DNA from: Eledone cirrhosa
Taxonomy: Eukaryota
DNA length: 64,000 nt
Assembly: GCA_964016885.1 (NCBI GenBank)
Contig: OZ024742.1
Coordinates: 311,984,001-312,048,000 of the forward strand
Direction: 5' to 3'
The notes beneath the pieces are model-generated. The model was not told the origin of the DNA. It searched no databases and saw only the letters and a list, made by a program, of their open reading frames with translations. Of the stretch, positions 48,088 through 61,800 are shown in pieces. The position numbers and the translations under genes were made by a program. How positions within the stretch are numbered: position 1 is the stretch's first letter; every line of letters begins with the position of its first letter.

Positions 48088-48262
48088 CGGACCTGCCAAC
48101 CTTTAAAAACCCAAACGAAGAGTACCATGAAAAAAAGCACCCCAAAATGGGGAGATTTTGTATAATGAAAGGTATACCTATTTTCACAAAAACGGGTAGA
48201 CGGGGAAAAATAAGCCAAAACGGGGAGATCTCCTCGTCGGATGGGGGAGAGTTTACAGGTCT
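48088..48262. mobile_element. MITE with GACCTGCCAAC-type TIRs; second partial copy at ~46290-46460
   Basis: GGACCTGCCAACC..AGTTTACAGGTCT; the two copies share internal sequence. Confidence 0.6.
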
Positions 48263-48332
48263 ACAACATAGACCCAGATTTCAGATATCTAACATACCCC
48301 ACATTTTAAGTATATTTAGGTAGTTTAAATTG

Positions 48333-48759
48333 CAGTGAGCCCGCATCTTACGCGTCCAATTGTTTCCCCAACTACCATACCGCGTTATAAAAAAAAACTA
48401 CAAAAACGTGTATGTTCAAGACCCTTCTATAAAGGTGCTTATGTACATCGATATTTTTGAGGAGGCATAACATCAGATCCTCTGAAGGTTGAGAGAATTC
48501 AGAAAGATAATGATAGCGTTAGGGGTGATAGTTTTCTCCCTTAAACAAGATATATTGACTCTTAGTACTTTACTGGTACTTTACTTTATTGACTCCGGAA
48601 GGATGAAAGGCACAGTTCACCTTGACGAGAATTAAACTCAGAATGAAAAGAGCCGGAACAAAGTTTTACAGCTTTTTTGAAATGTTACTAAGATATTTTT
48701 TGGAGTGCATATATTGAAAAGCACATTATTTTAAAGCACGTAAGATGCGGGGTTCAATG
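48333..48759. mobile_element. Tc1/mariner-pogo-like MITE containing a SINE fragment
   Basis: CAGTGAGCCCGCATCTTACG .. CGTAAGATGCGGGGTTCAATG-TA inverted ends. Confidence 0.65.
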
Positions 48760-50397
48760 TAATTTTTTCTCCAAACTTGTGGGAGAGAGGAAGGGAAGAA
48801 GGAAACTACCAATACCTAGTTCGAATGCTTGCAATGAAGCAGACTCTGCTAAACACAGCCAAGGTTCAAATGGAAGTGTTAAACCGAGTGACCCATTAAG
48901 TCTACCACCACAGTAGGATACTCAGCATGGAAAGGGCCGGAATAAATATGGCGAAGTATTCTGCCCAACACTCTAACGATTCCACCAGTTCATCACTCTA
49001 CCCTGGTACTTTATTTATCGATATCAGAAGGATGTGAGGCAAAGTTGACCTTGGAAGGATTTGACCTCAGAATTAAAATATTGTAACGCATTCTGTCCGG
49101 TGCCCTAACGCTTCTGCCAATTCTGTATTTAGTCTTGAGTGCTAACAATTCTAACTGACCTTTATTAGAAGCAAATAAGAGCTGTAGAGATGGCTGAAAT
49201 ATTATGAGTGTCGTATTAACTGTATTACACTATTATAGACGTAGGTATGGCTGCATGGTTAAAAAGTTTACTTGTTACAGGTTCGATCACACAACCTTTG
49301 ACCTTGAACTTAGATCCCTATGTTCCCAATTAGATACCGCAGCTCCTAAAGTTTTATCGTCTGCCCATAACTATAATATTTTGGATATATATGCTTCTCT
49401 CTTTTCTTAAGAGAGTAAATTATGGTTGAGAGAGATGAGACTGCTATTTCTAGCAGGTCAAACGTCTACATAAGGTTCCTCCTTCTTAGACTCACACTGA
49501 TCTTATTTAGAAGTCATTATAAAGACATTAGAGTGACAAAAAACCTGAAAATACCGGACTAAATGCTCATGTGTATGCTGAGGTGAAAGTTTACAGATCA
49601 ATGTACAATCCATGTAAATGACACTCAATGTTTCGTTACTATTTATGGAACAAGGGATCAACGAGGGTCAGCGAGGGAACATCTAAGTGGACGCTCGAGT
49701 TGTAAGAAACAACAGCCAAATCTCCTTTACTACACCACATGTTACAAACGTTTACTCTCTTGTTTGCAACAAAGACATTGTGCTAGTTTGGAAGTTGTAC
49801 ATATTTTCAATTATATAAATTGTAAAACAGTTATTAATGACGAAATAAAATAGCTCAGAATAATAATAACTTTTATAACAGTTCCTTTTCTAAAATGAAA
49901 TAACTTCAAACGTGTTGATACTTTGCTTGAGGAATTATTCTTTCTATATAAACTAGCATCTCCAATAATTTGATCGTTTATGCAATCATAAATACAATTT
50001 AAAATACTGTCAAATTGAATTCTTTATGAGAGGATTAAAAAGAAATAGAAAAAATATTTTATTTTTTGCTTGTCATACTAAAAAGACCCTATCATCTCAT
50101 AACGTGATGTTAGATTAACACTATCTAGAAAATAAAAGATAGGCTAGCCACAAAGAAGTATATGGTCAAAGCTTGTGATTTGAAGGGTTTAAGGCCGTTA
50201 TTTCTAGCAAATTCCGTGACCGGGTAGATGTTCTCTCATTGGCTCGTATAACTTATGCTATAATGTTTCGTTAACTGGCAGTGTTTTAAATTTCTAATCG
50301 GGGAACGGTAACAATACTGAATTATCCCTCTATCTAGGTATACTTGAGAATAATTGTTTGTCTTTCGATTGATTAACATGTTATCTGTAGTTTAAGT

Positions 50398-50438
50398 GTG
50401 GTAGAATGGCAGAATCGTAAGAATGTCGGACAAAATGC
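50398..50438 (+). mobile_element. SINE family 1 head truncated at (TTA)n
   Basis: TGGCAGAATCGTAAGAATGTCGGACAAAATGC followed directly by ATT repeats. Confidence 0.6.
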
Positions 50439-50465
50439 ATTATTATTATTATTATTATTATTATT

Positions 50466-53400
50466 GGCGATCTACGTAGTAAATCGTATCATCGTGAGCT
50501 CCGCAAAGGTTTGTTTATTTCCGTTTGTTAAAAATTGCCATTTATGGAAAATGTTATTGTTAACTGTTTATAAGCGCACATACATTGTTTTCCGAAAAGG
50601 ACACCCAAAAAGATTGGGGCCTTGTGCCCAAAATTTAAATTTTTATGATTATCAAAAAATTTCTTTGAAAAATAATGGCTAATTCACCTCTGCACCAAGC
50701 AGCTGAGAGCCTTCCTTACAAACTAACACCTCACACCGACACCACCATTGTAAATATTACTACGTTTGCCAACACTAAAAATTTAAGCAGTAGCAATATT
50801 TTAAATTTGTCTCAGGCAGACATTCATTTCCCGCCATTACCAATGACTGCAGGTATTAAAGCCGCCACCAACACCACCACCGCGACAACCACCACCCCCA
50901 CCACCACCGCGACAACAGAAACAAAAGGAAAAAATAAATCAACTCGTGATGTCGAAATGATTTCAACCAAAATGGACTCTTCCTCACCGAACACCACTGA
51001 CGTCACCACCACCACAACTGAAACTAAAATTAATAATAACAAAAATAACGATAACAACAACAGCAACAATGACATTAAAAAAACCACCCTGAGTTTTGCC
51101 AGAGTAGCAAAACAGTGCGAAGCATTTCAGGTAACTCAGGAGGAATTAGAAAATGCCAAAAAAATGGTAAAGAAAGATGGGTACAAGGTCAGCCTCCCCC
51201 CCACCCACCTAATAAAATGGAGCATCGGCGCCTATGCACCGTGTCGTATCGAACAATTAATGTAAAATTGCGCCGAGTGGAACGGGCATCCGAGTCCCAA
51301 ATCCAAAAAGCGTTGGGACATGTGTGGGAAAGAAAAACCCACATCAGACGTGGGCAGAAGTATGGAACCGTGGACGTGTTCTTTGAAACACCAGAGGAGG
51401 CTAGAGAACATTCCATGGCCCCATTAAGAAGTGACGACTTCACACTCGCCCCTAAAGATCAGGGTGACCCACGTTCCACCGGCTATCGAAATTCCCTGGC
51501 TAATAGCGGCCGTCCTCGCCGGCATCGAAGCCAACACCAAGATAATAGCAATAGCAAAAGAAAAGCAGGAGAACTGGTCCGGATCTGGGATGGAGCTCCT
51601 GATCCAAGCGGACCAAAAAAGCATTGAGGAGATCCCAGAGGTAATAAACCTCACTGACGGCAGCCACCTCACCGTAATTGTCGAGGGCAGAAGGCCTAGG
51701 AGTGTCGTTTGTGGTGAAGGAACCCACCTAAGGGCTTTCTGCCCTCAGGCTAAAAGGTTGAGGCCACCTCTCCTACCCACCCAGTGACTCAACCATCAAC
51801 ACCACCAGTAGCAGAGATGGCAGCAATAACTATTAGCAGCAACAACAGAAGCAACTATAACAGCAACAACCCCAGCAACAGTAGCATAACCAACACCACC
51901 ACCACCCAGCGCGCCAGAACTAGCACCAGCGCCTACACCATCCACCACGCCACAACCAAAACTAACGCCTGTGGAGGATTTTCCACTCCCCCGCCTATCA
52001 CAACTGGAGTCAGATTGTGACGACGAGGAGTGGGAAACGGTATCAGGAAAAAAGAAAAAAAAGAAACCAAAAAAGAAAAAATTCTCTTCCTTCCCCCTCC
52101 AAAAACAAAATACAGAGGGAAACAAATAAATTAACAAACAAAAAAGTTAGGACAGATATGCCACCATCCACACCAGCATCACCAACCCCATCCCCCCAAA
52201 CACCAACACCATCACCATCATTAACCCCAACACCACCATCACCTACACCACAAAAGTCACCAAAATGTGAAACAGAAACAAACCCACAACAAACGCAAAC
52301 AAAACAAAACAACCAAAACGATACACACTACACAGCATTAAATTTGAACAACAACCAATTATTACACTAGATCCAACACAACACCAGCATCACAGAAAAA
52401 GACTACATAACAACCCAAAAATTCACATCACCTCCACACATACAAATCACTCGCATCACACAGAAAACGTACATGACACTAAAACAAAAATTCCCCAAAG
52501 ACATCGGAGACTTCCGACAAGCACTCTCCAGGAGGATTTATAAGGACATCCTTCCGGAGGAGGCCACTAGCAGTGAAAAGGATGGAAAAACCATCCTTCC
52601 TCTACGAGAAGTAAGGTAAGTGGTCTTTCCCATCTTTTCCACTCCTTTTCAACATGACCTCATTCAGAATAGGCAGCATAAATGCGCGTGGCTTGGGGTC
52701 GTCATGGAAGCAGGGCCGCCTGCTCAACGACCTCAGGTCACTAAACATAGATGTAGTGGCTATCAGCGAGACCAGAATCTCCGAAGCACGGGCCTTCGCA
52801 CCGATCTTCGGCGGCTATGATGTGTACGCATCTCCCAGTCGTCCGGGATCGGGGGAGGAGTTGCTGTGCTTTTTCGGAGAGGTTTGGATCTTGCCATACG
52901 GGCCATCTTCCTGGACCCAGAAGGTAAGTTGGTGGTGCTGGACGTGACCAGCGGAGACGGGCAAGCTTTCAGGTTAGTGGCCGTCTATGCCCCGACAGGA
53001 GCAGGGCGGCCTGATTTCTTCCGGCGTCTGGAGACTTTTCTTGGAACGTCCCGCTCTTTAGTGTTAGTGGGCGACTGGAACGGGATCTTAGATGCACGCT
53101 GGGATTGTGTGGGATTAGTGGATAGGGGAGAAAGGTGCAAGAGTCTCACCAACCTGCTCAGGCGTTTTGAACTGTCTGACAGGTACCGATTAGATTTCCC
53201 GACTGTACCAATGTGGACTTGGACAAATCGCATAGGGTCATCCAGCTCATATCTAGATAGAGTATTTTGTAGGGAAATAGATAGGTCTAGCATAGGCTGT
53301 CCACAATTCAAGATAGTCAGCTACACGGACCACAAATTCGTGATCTGTGTGCTTGACTTAGATAGGCTTCATAGACGAGGACCCGGCTACTGGAAGCTAA

Positions 53401-56316
53401 ACGCGTCCTTACCAGCGCGCAAGGCCTACAGAGACCGTATTAGCGAACTAGTTAAGCGGGCGTTGACGGGGGTCATCGTCAACAACAAGTGGTGGTTTGC
53501 TCTGAAAAGAGCAATTAGAATAGAGTCCATTAGGTTTAGTAAGACTTTAGCAATAGAGAAAAATAGAGCAGAGGGAGAATTAGTTAGAAAATTAGATGAG
53601 GCGCTTAGCAAAGGCATCGCGACCGACGTACTTGCGGCGAAATTGGCCCTTGACCAATTCTTCAATGCAAAGCACGAAGGCTGCGTTGTCAGAGCTAGGG
53701 TGCGTGCTCTCAGACACGAGAGGACGAAAGCCGTTCAATGGGCCCGAGTGGCGGAGGCGCGTCGTGGCAACAAAGCCACGATCCGGTCTTTGGTGGACCA
53801 CGACGGGCGCATGCTACTCGATCCCGGGCAAATGTGTGAAGCTTTTCAGCGACACTTCGCTCAACTGTTCGGGGGCAGTGGCGGGCCGGATCGAGGGATG
53901 GACTTTAGTGTCTACCTCGACGGACTGCCGTGGCTTTCGGCCACTGAGGCGGAGTGTTGCGAAAAGCCGATAACAACCGCTGAAGTACGGGATGCAATGA
54001 CTAGTTGCACAAGGGGTAAATCGCCTGGTTTGGATGGTCTGCCCTATGAACTTTACGTACAAATGCCAAACTTGTTCGGAGGCCTCTTGGCGGACGTCTA
54101 CTGCAACTGGCAACAGAACGGGAGAATTCCCAGCTCTGTGAGCCGAGGAGCGGTGGCGCTGCTGAGAAAGGATCCGAACAAGGGGGATAACATAGATAAT
54201 TTTAGGCCCATAACTCTGCTAAACACAGAGTTCAAGATTTTGGCCAAGGTGCTAGCAAAGAGGTTGGCGCTTGTCGTTGGTGGTCTGGTGGGAGAGGCAC
54301 AGACATGCGCCATTCCCGACAGATCCATCCACGACAACCTCCACCTCATGCGATACATCGTAGAGAGGGTATCTAGGGAACCTGGCACGGGTGGGTCTTT
54401 GATCAATTTAGATCAGTCGAAAGCCTTCGATATGGTCGACCATCGTTACCTAGCGGCAGTCCTGAGGGCGGCTGGCTTTGGGCCCGTCTTCAGAGGCTGG
54501 ATCGCTGCCATGCACAGCGACATCTGCTCTGTAGTGAGAGTGAACGGTCACCTTTCGGAACCGTTCAACATCATGCGCTCGGTCCGCCAAGGATGTCCCC
54601 TCTCGTCCCTATTGTACGTATTGACTCTCGAGCCATTACTGCACAAACTGGAGACGTTGAGGGGGGTCCCGCGCGAACTAGGATGCGGAAGATCCGTGTC
54701 AGCATATGCCGACGATGTCACCGTAGTGGTGTCGAACGCCAAACACATCGAGGCGATCGGCACTACACTAAGAGAATACGAAGCGGTGACAGGAGCAATG
54801 ATCAACCAGGAAAAGTCAGTGGGCCTGCAGCTCGGCACCTGGAGAGGCAGGTCCATGCCGTCCAACAGCGTCGTCGGGCGCTGGACGGACGGACCGGTTA
54901 AATTGCTAGGGGTCTGGTTCGGTCCAGACCTCCAGACGGACAAAAACTGGGACGAGGTGACGAGCAGGGTGGCTTCTCTCACCCAGAAATGGGCCGAGAG
55001 GAAGCTATCCCTGAAAGGTCGAGCGGAGGTGGCGAATGCGTACATCGCATCCGTCATCTACTACCGCCTGACCGTCGTACCTTGTCCTAAGCCCCGCCTG
55101 ACTGCGCTGGAGCGTTTGCTCTTTCGCTTCTTGTGGAAGGGACGCGCTCCGATGGTCAGGCGTTCCATCTGCTGTCAACACCCGCTACGTGGAGGGCTGG
55201 GCATGCCGTGGCTGAGGATGCGCAGACACGCGCTCAGGCTACGACATCTCCACCTCTTCCTCGACGGTGATCAGGTGTGGCCGCCGTTTGCTAGACGCGT
55301 TTTTCCCCAGCTCGTCTCCTTGACGGAGCTGCAGTCCTGGGTCAAGCGAAGACCGAGAGGGAGCGCTTGGAGACTGGAATGTCTTCAGGCGCTCACAGCC
55401 CTCGACCAATCGGGCAATGTGATCGGTGGAAACTCCACCTTGGCGTTCTATAGGGGATTAGTGGAGGGGAAGAGCGACGACGTACTTGGAGAAACTCTAG
55501 GCGTCGACGAAAATCAACTAGCCAATCTCTTCGGAAGGACTTTCGGGCCGGGGCCTATGGACAACTTCCAGAAATCCCTGGCCTGGCAGTGCTACCGAGG
55601 AGCTTTGCCAGTTCGGGATAAACTCAACAGGCATGGAGGTGCCGTCAGCCGGGCATGTCCGAGATGCGCGCAGGGCGACGAAACCGTCCTGCACGCACTC
55701 GTCCAGTGTCCGAGCATTTCTGACTTGTGGGTTTATGTCGAACACCTGCTGTCACGTGTAGGACGGATCCGGCTATCAGCTGAGTCCATCGTGAGGATTG
55801 CCCCGCCCCCTTCCTTTAGCCTGGAAGGGCAGGCAGTTTTTATCTGTCTGGTGGCCATGGCGAAAGAGATAGTATGGTGGACACGTTTGAAAGGGCTGAA
55901 GACGAGCACTTACCTCTTCGGTGATGCCCTGATTAACTTTTTCAAATTTCATTTGAAAAGGAAAATCAGGGTAGAGAGGGAAGTGCTCTCTTCCCAGCAT
56001 TTTGTTGAAAGATGGGTGAGAGAAGCAAGTATGGCCCGAATGAATGGGCCTTCTCTGAGTATGTGTCTGTAAATTAAAGGTGGAAAACTGGGAGAGGGCA
56101 CTTGCCCTGGTGGTCAGGGCCACTGTGGTCTTTTAATGGGCTTTCTCCACAAATGTCCCTCGGAAGTCTCCCCCCTATTGGGGAATTTTTCTTTGTTATT
56201 TTATTTCAACCTCTGTTTTTTTTACACGCAGAAATGCCCATTTGTACCGTCCTGTATTGTCCTGTACTGTCCTTAATGTCTACTTTATGTGAACCCTTGT
56301 GGTTAATAAAGAAAAC
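50466..56316 (+). mobile_element. Tx1/L1-clade LINE type A, copy 3, full length, best-preserved ORF2
   Basis: GGCGATCTACG start after (TTA)n; disrupted ORF1 at 50675-52619; (TTA)n tail. Confidence 0.93.
52654..56072 (+). CDS. Type A copy 3 ORF2 (APE-RT-CCHC); single frameshift in a G-run near 52852
   Basis: 1068-aa open frame plus an N-terminal piece; the G-run is one base shorter than in the other copies. Confidence 0.88.
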
Positions 56317-56334
56317 ATTATTATTATTATCACT

Positions 56335-58599
56335 GTTGTTATTCCTTGAATCTCAGTCATTGATGTTGGTTAACTGGAAAGTCCGTTGGATTGAATATCA
56401 AGCCACTACCTGCAGCCTCAGATATTCAGGACGTATCGGAGGGTTCTTGCTGTTCCAAGCAAGCATGCCTTTTGAAGCGTTCCAAAAAGCGTGAAGGGGC
56501 CGATTTTCTTTAACCATCCCTGGAAACTTTTGGAGATAGTCCCCAGTGCTCCTATGACAATCGGGATCACTTTGACTTCATGGCAGTTCCAGATCCTTTT
56601 CACCTCCCACTTTAGGTCCTGGTATCGGTTAATTTTCTCCCTCTCCTTCTCTTGCACTCTCGTGTCGAACGGGCAGGCCACATCCACAATCAGACACGAT
56701 CTTTTTTCTTTGTCCACAACCACCAGGTCAGGTCTATTGTGTTCCAGTTTTTTGTCCGTCTGTATCCTAAAATCCCACAGCACCTTCACCTGATTGTTCT
56801 CCATCACCGCCTCTGGCCTATGCTCATACCATTTCTCAGAATGTGGTAAATTGTTTACTTTGCACAGGTGCCAGTGGATCACCCTGCCCATCACATCGTG
56901 TCTCCAGCCCTTATAGTGGGTCTGGGCTAGGTGTTTACACTCGGACACAATGTGAGCCACAGTCTCCTCCCTCTCTCCACAGATCCTGCACAGTGGGCTA
57001 GCCTCCTCCTTGTAGATATGGTGCTTCAACCACTTCGTTTTGAGGGCCTGCCCCTGCGCAGCCATTAGCATTCCTTCTGTAGCCTTTTTGAGGTCTCCTC
57101 TTCTCAACCAGTTCCATGTCTGTGGATCTCTAAATTCAGTTTTCTCAAAGAAGGTACTATGAAGGGATTTTCCCTTAAGGCTGCTCTTCCTCCTTGATGT
57201 TATTTCCTCCTTGGACATCCCCTGGCCTACTGTCCCCTCCTTCAGTACAGTTCTGAGCATTGGCTCCTTACTATAGGTCACGTATTTGTATAGGTTGTTT
57301 TTCTCCATCTGAACACAGTCCTCTATGCTGATAAGACCTCTTCCACCCTCAGATCTCCTTAGGTAGAGTCTATCGACATCACTCCTCTTGTGGAACATGT
57401 TGTAGATAGTCAATAGCTTCCTAGTCTTCCTATCCATTTCTTTTTGTTCAGCAACATTCCATCTCAGAATTCCCGCACTGTACCTAATAATAGACACAGC
57501 TCGGGAATTTACTGCGCTTATGGCATTTCTGCTGTTCAGATGTGACTTCAATACGCTCCTTACTCTCCGAATGTATTCAGTTCTTAACAATTCCTTCATT
57601 TTTTTATTCTTTATGCCATCAGCCTCCAGAACGCCCAAATACTTGTATCCTTCCTCGGAGTCAATTTCCTTTATCATCTCACCTGTTGGTATCTGGATCC
57701 CGTTACTTCTGCTCAACCTACCCCTCTTCATCACAATGACTCCACATTTACCAATACCAAACTGCATACATATATCACTGCTGAAAATACGGACAGTGTC
57801 AACAAGCACATCCAACTCCTTCTCACTTTTCCCGAAGAGCTTAAGATCGTCCATGAAGAGGAGGTGATTGATGGTAAGCTCTCCCCTTCCCAACTTGTAT
57901 CCTGCTCTCACTTTTCGCAGCATAATGGTCAAGGGCATCAGGGCAAGGACAAACAACAGAGGGGACAGGCTATCTCCCTGGAAGATACCTCTCTTGATCT
58001 TCACGCTTCCCAAGGATACTCCAGTTGATGTCAACTCTGTCTCCCAGGACCCCATACTCCTGCCTAGCAACTGTCTGATGTTATCTGCCACCTTGAAGAT
58101 CTCCAGGCTTTTGGTGATCCAGGAATAGGGCACCATGTCAAATGCCTTTCTGTAGTCTATCCATCCCATGGCAAGATCAGTGTGTCTCCTCCTGCAATTC
58201 CCCATTACCATCTTATCAATAAGCAACTGGTCCTTTGTACCACGTGACTTCTTTCGGCATCCTTTCTGTTCGTCCGGTAACAAGTTGTTTGTGTGGAGGT
58301 GATGGTAGATTTCCTCAGACACAATGCTCGTCAACAGTTTCCACATTACGGACAGACATGTGATAGGTCTATAGTTGGCAACATCATTAGCCTTGATTCG
58401 GTCTTTCATTATCAGAACTGTGGTACCTTTTGTCAACCACTCTGGCACCTCACCCGACACCAAGCAGTCATTGAACATGGCCGTCAGCTTCGGGTGGAGG
58501 GATGTTAAATGTTTAATCCAATACCCCTGCACACCATCTGGGCCTGGTGATTTCCAGTTGGTTAGTTTTTTGGCCTGCCCTTTAAGAGTTTCAACTGTG
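56335..58599 (-). mobile_element. R4/Dong-type element, 5'-truncated copy 3 (~2.26 kb)
   Basis: Tail-to-tail with Tx1 copy A3; (TTA)n at 56317-56330 and 58600-58647. Confidence 0.92.
56418..58599 (-). CDS. R4/Dong-type RT + CCHC + restriction-like endonuclease, open frame lacking its N-terminus
   Basis: WKSPGPDG, NYRPITCL, GIFQGDSLSP, HLLFMDDLKLF, RLYLRRSEGGRGL, CRIC..H..C, RPDLVV, DVACP..EK..RYQDL. Confidence 0.93.
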
Positions 58600-58647
<48 letters not shown>

Positions 58648-58648
<1 letters not shown>

Positions 58649-58870
58649 TGTCAAAAGCAACAGTCTCCAATTGATCGGCTGGGTCCCCAAGCGAAACTAG
58701 CCAAGTTCATGGATATTATCCAACCATCTTGCTCGGGATAAACCACTGAACTTCCTGGCGGTTGGTTTTGCCCATAAAATCTATCCAGCGATTCTTCCCT
58801 TAGACATTCTAACCACATGTCCATAGTATTGAATCTGTGATCTCTCAATTCGTAATGGCTCTACCTCCAA
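58648..58870 (-). mobile_element. RTE-clade ORF C-terminal relic
   Basis: Minus strand reads SLEVEPLRIERSQIQYYGHVVRM..RARWLDNI..RLG..ETVAFDR, typical of the RTE/Expander C-terminal region. Confidence 0.75.
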
Positions 58871-61800
58871 CGACACATCGATCTACCTCCGAGCGACTTA
58901 TTGATCTATCTCCGAGCGACACATCGATCTATCTCTGAGCGACACATCGATCTATCTCCGAACTACTCATCGATCTATCTCCGAACTACTCATTGATCTA
59001 CCTCTGAGCGACACATCGATCTATCTCCGAACTACTCATCGATCTACCTCTGAGTGACTCATTGATCTATCTCCGAACTACTCATCGATCTATCTCCGAA
59101 CTACTTATCGATCTATCTCCGAACTACTCATTGATCTATCTCTGAGTGACTCATTGATCTATCTCCGAGTGACTCATTGATCTATCTCTGAGTGACACAT
59201 TGATCTATCTCTGAGTGACTCATTGATCTATCTCCGAACTACTCATTGATCTATCTCTGAGTGACTCATTGATCTATCTCCGAGTGACACATTGACCTAT
59301 CTCTGAGTGACACATTGATCTATCTCTGAGTGACTCATTGATCTATCTCCGAGTGACTCATTGATCTATCTCTGAGTGACTCATTGATCTATTTCTGAGT
59401 GACTCATCGATCTATCTCCGAACTACTCATTGGTTTATTTCTGAGTGACTCATTGATCTATATCTGAGTGACACATTGATCTATCTCCGAGTGACTCATT
59501 GATCTATCTCTGAGTGACACATTAATCTATCTCTGAGTGACACATTGATCTATCTCCGAGTGACACATTGATCTATCTCTGAGTGACTCATTGATCTATC
59601 TCTGAGTGACACATTGATCTATCTCTGAGTGACACATTGATCTATCTCCGAGTGACTCATTGATCTATCTCTGAGTGACACATTGATCTATCTCTGAGTG
59701 ACACATTGATCTATCTCTGAGTGACACATTGACCTATCTCTGAGTGACACATTGATCTATCTCTGAGTGACACATTGATCTATCTCTGAGTGACTCATTG
59801 ATCTATCTCCGAGTGACACATTGATCTATCTCTGAGTGACACATTGATCTATCTCTGAGTGACTCATTGATCTATCTCCGAGTGACTCATTGATCTATCT
59901 CTGAGTGACACATTGATCTATCTCTGAGTGACTCATTGATCTATCTCTGAGTGACACATTGATCTATCTCTGAGTGACACATTGATCTATCTCTGAGTGA
60001 CACATTGATCTATCTCTGAGTGACACATTGATCTATCTCTGAGTGACTCATTGATCTATCTCTGAGTGACTCATTGATCTATCTCTGAGTGACTCATTGA
60101 TCTATCTCTGAGTGACACATTGATCTATCTCTGAGTGACACATTGATCTATCTCTGAGTGACACATTGACCTATCTCTGAGTGACACATTGATCTATCTC
60201 TGAGTGAAACATTGATCTATCTCCGAGTGACTCATTGATCTATCTCTGAGTGACACATTGATCTATCTCTGAGTGACACATTGATCTATCTCTGAGTGAC
60301 ACATTGATCTATCTCCGAGTTACACATTGATCTATCTCTGAGTGACACATTGATCTGTCTCTGAGTGACACATTGATCTATCTCTGAGTGACACATTGAT
60401 CTATCTCCGAGTGACACATTGATCTATCTCTGAGTGACACATTGATCTGTCTCTGAGTGACACATTGATCTATCTCCGAGTGACACATTGATCTATCTCT
60501 GAGTGACACATTGATCTATCTCTGAGTGACACATTGATCTATCTCTGAGTGACACATTGATCTATCTCTGAGTGACTCATTGATCTATCTCTGAGTGACT
60601 CATTGATCTATCTCCGAGTGACACATTGATCTATCTCTGAGTGACACATTGATCTATCTCCGAGTGACTCATTGATCTATCTCTGTGTGACTCATTGATC
60701 TATCTCCGAGTGACACATTGATCTATCTCCGAGTGACACATTGATCTATCTCTGAGTGACACATTGATCTATCTCTGAGTGACACATTGATCTATCTCTG
60801 AGTGACACATTGATCTATCTCTGAGTGACTCATTGATCTATCTCCGAGTGACACATTGATCTATCTCCGAGTGACACATTGATCTATCTCTGAGTGACAC
60901 ATTGATCTATCTCTGAGTGACACATTGATCTATCTCTGAGTGACTCATTGATCTATCTCTGAGTGACTCATTGATCTATCTCTGAGTGACACATTGATCT
61001 ATCTCTGAGTGACACATTGATCTATCTCCGAGTGACACATTGATCTGTCTCTGAGTGACACATTGATCTATCTCCGAGTAACTCATTGATCTATCTCCGA
61101 GTGACTCATTGATCTATCTCCGAGTGACACATTGATCTATCTCTGAGTGACTCATTGATCTATCTCCGAGTGACTCATTGATCTATCTCCGAGTGACACA
61201 TTGATCTATCTCCGAGTGACACATTGATCTATCTCCGAGTGACACATTGATCTATCTCCGAGTGACACATTGATCTATCTCCGAGTGACACATTGATCTA
61301 TCTCTGAGTGACTCATTGATCTATCTCTGAGTGACTCATTGATCTATCTCTGAGTGACACATTGATCTATCTCTGAGTGACTCATTGATCTATCTCTGAG
61401 TGACACATTGATCTATCTATGAGTGACTCATTGATCTATCTCTGAGTGACACATTGATCTATCTCTGAGTGACTCATTGATCTATCTCTGAGTGACTCAT
61501 TGATCTATCTCTGAGTGACACATTGATCTATCTCCGAGTGACACATTGATCTATCTCCGAGTGACACATTGATCTATCTCTGAGTGACTCATTGATCTAT
61601 CTCTGAGTGACTCATTGATCTATCTCTGAGTGACACATTGATCTATCTCTGAGTGACTCATTGATCTATCTCCGAGTGACACATTGATCTATCTCTGACT
61701 GACACATTGATCTATCTCCGAGTGACACATTGATCTATCTCCGCGTGACAAATTGATCTATCTCCGAGTGACTCATTGATCTATCTCTGAGTGACTCATT

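Noticed and set aside
58600-58670. METVAFDR + poly-Ile N-terminus of the 750-aa ORF
   Set aside because: Read-through from the RTE relic across the (TAA)n tract into a truncated Dong copy.
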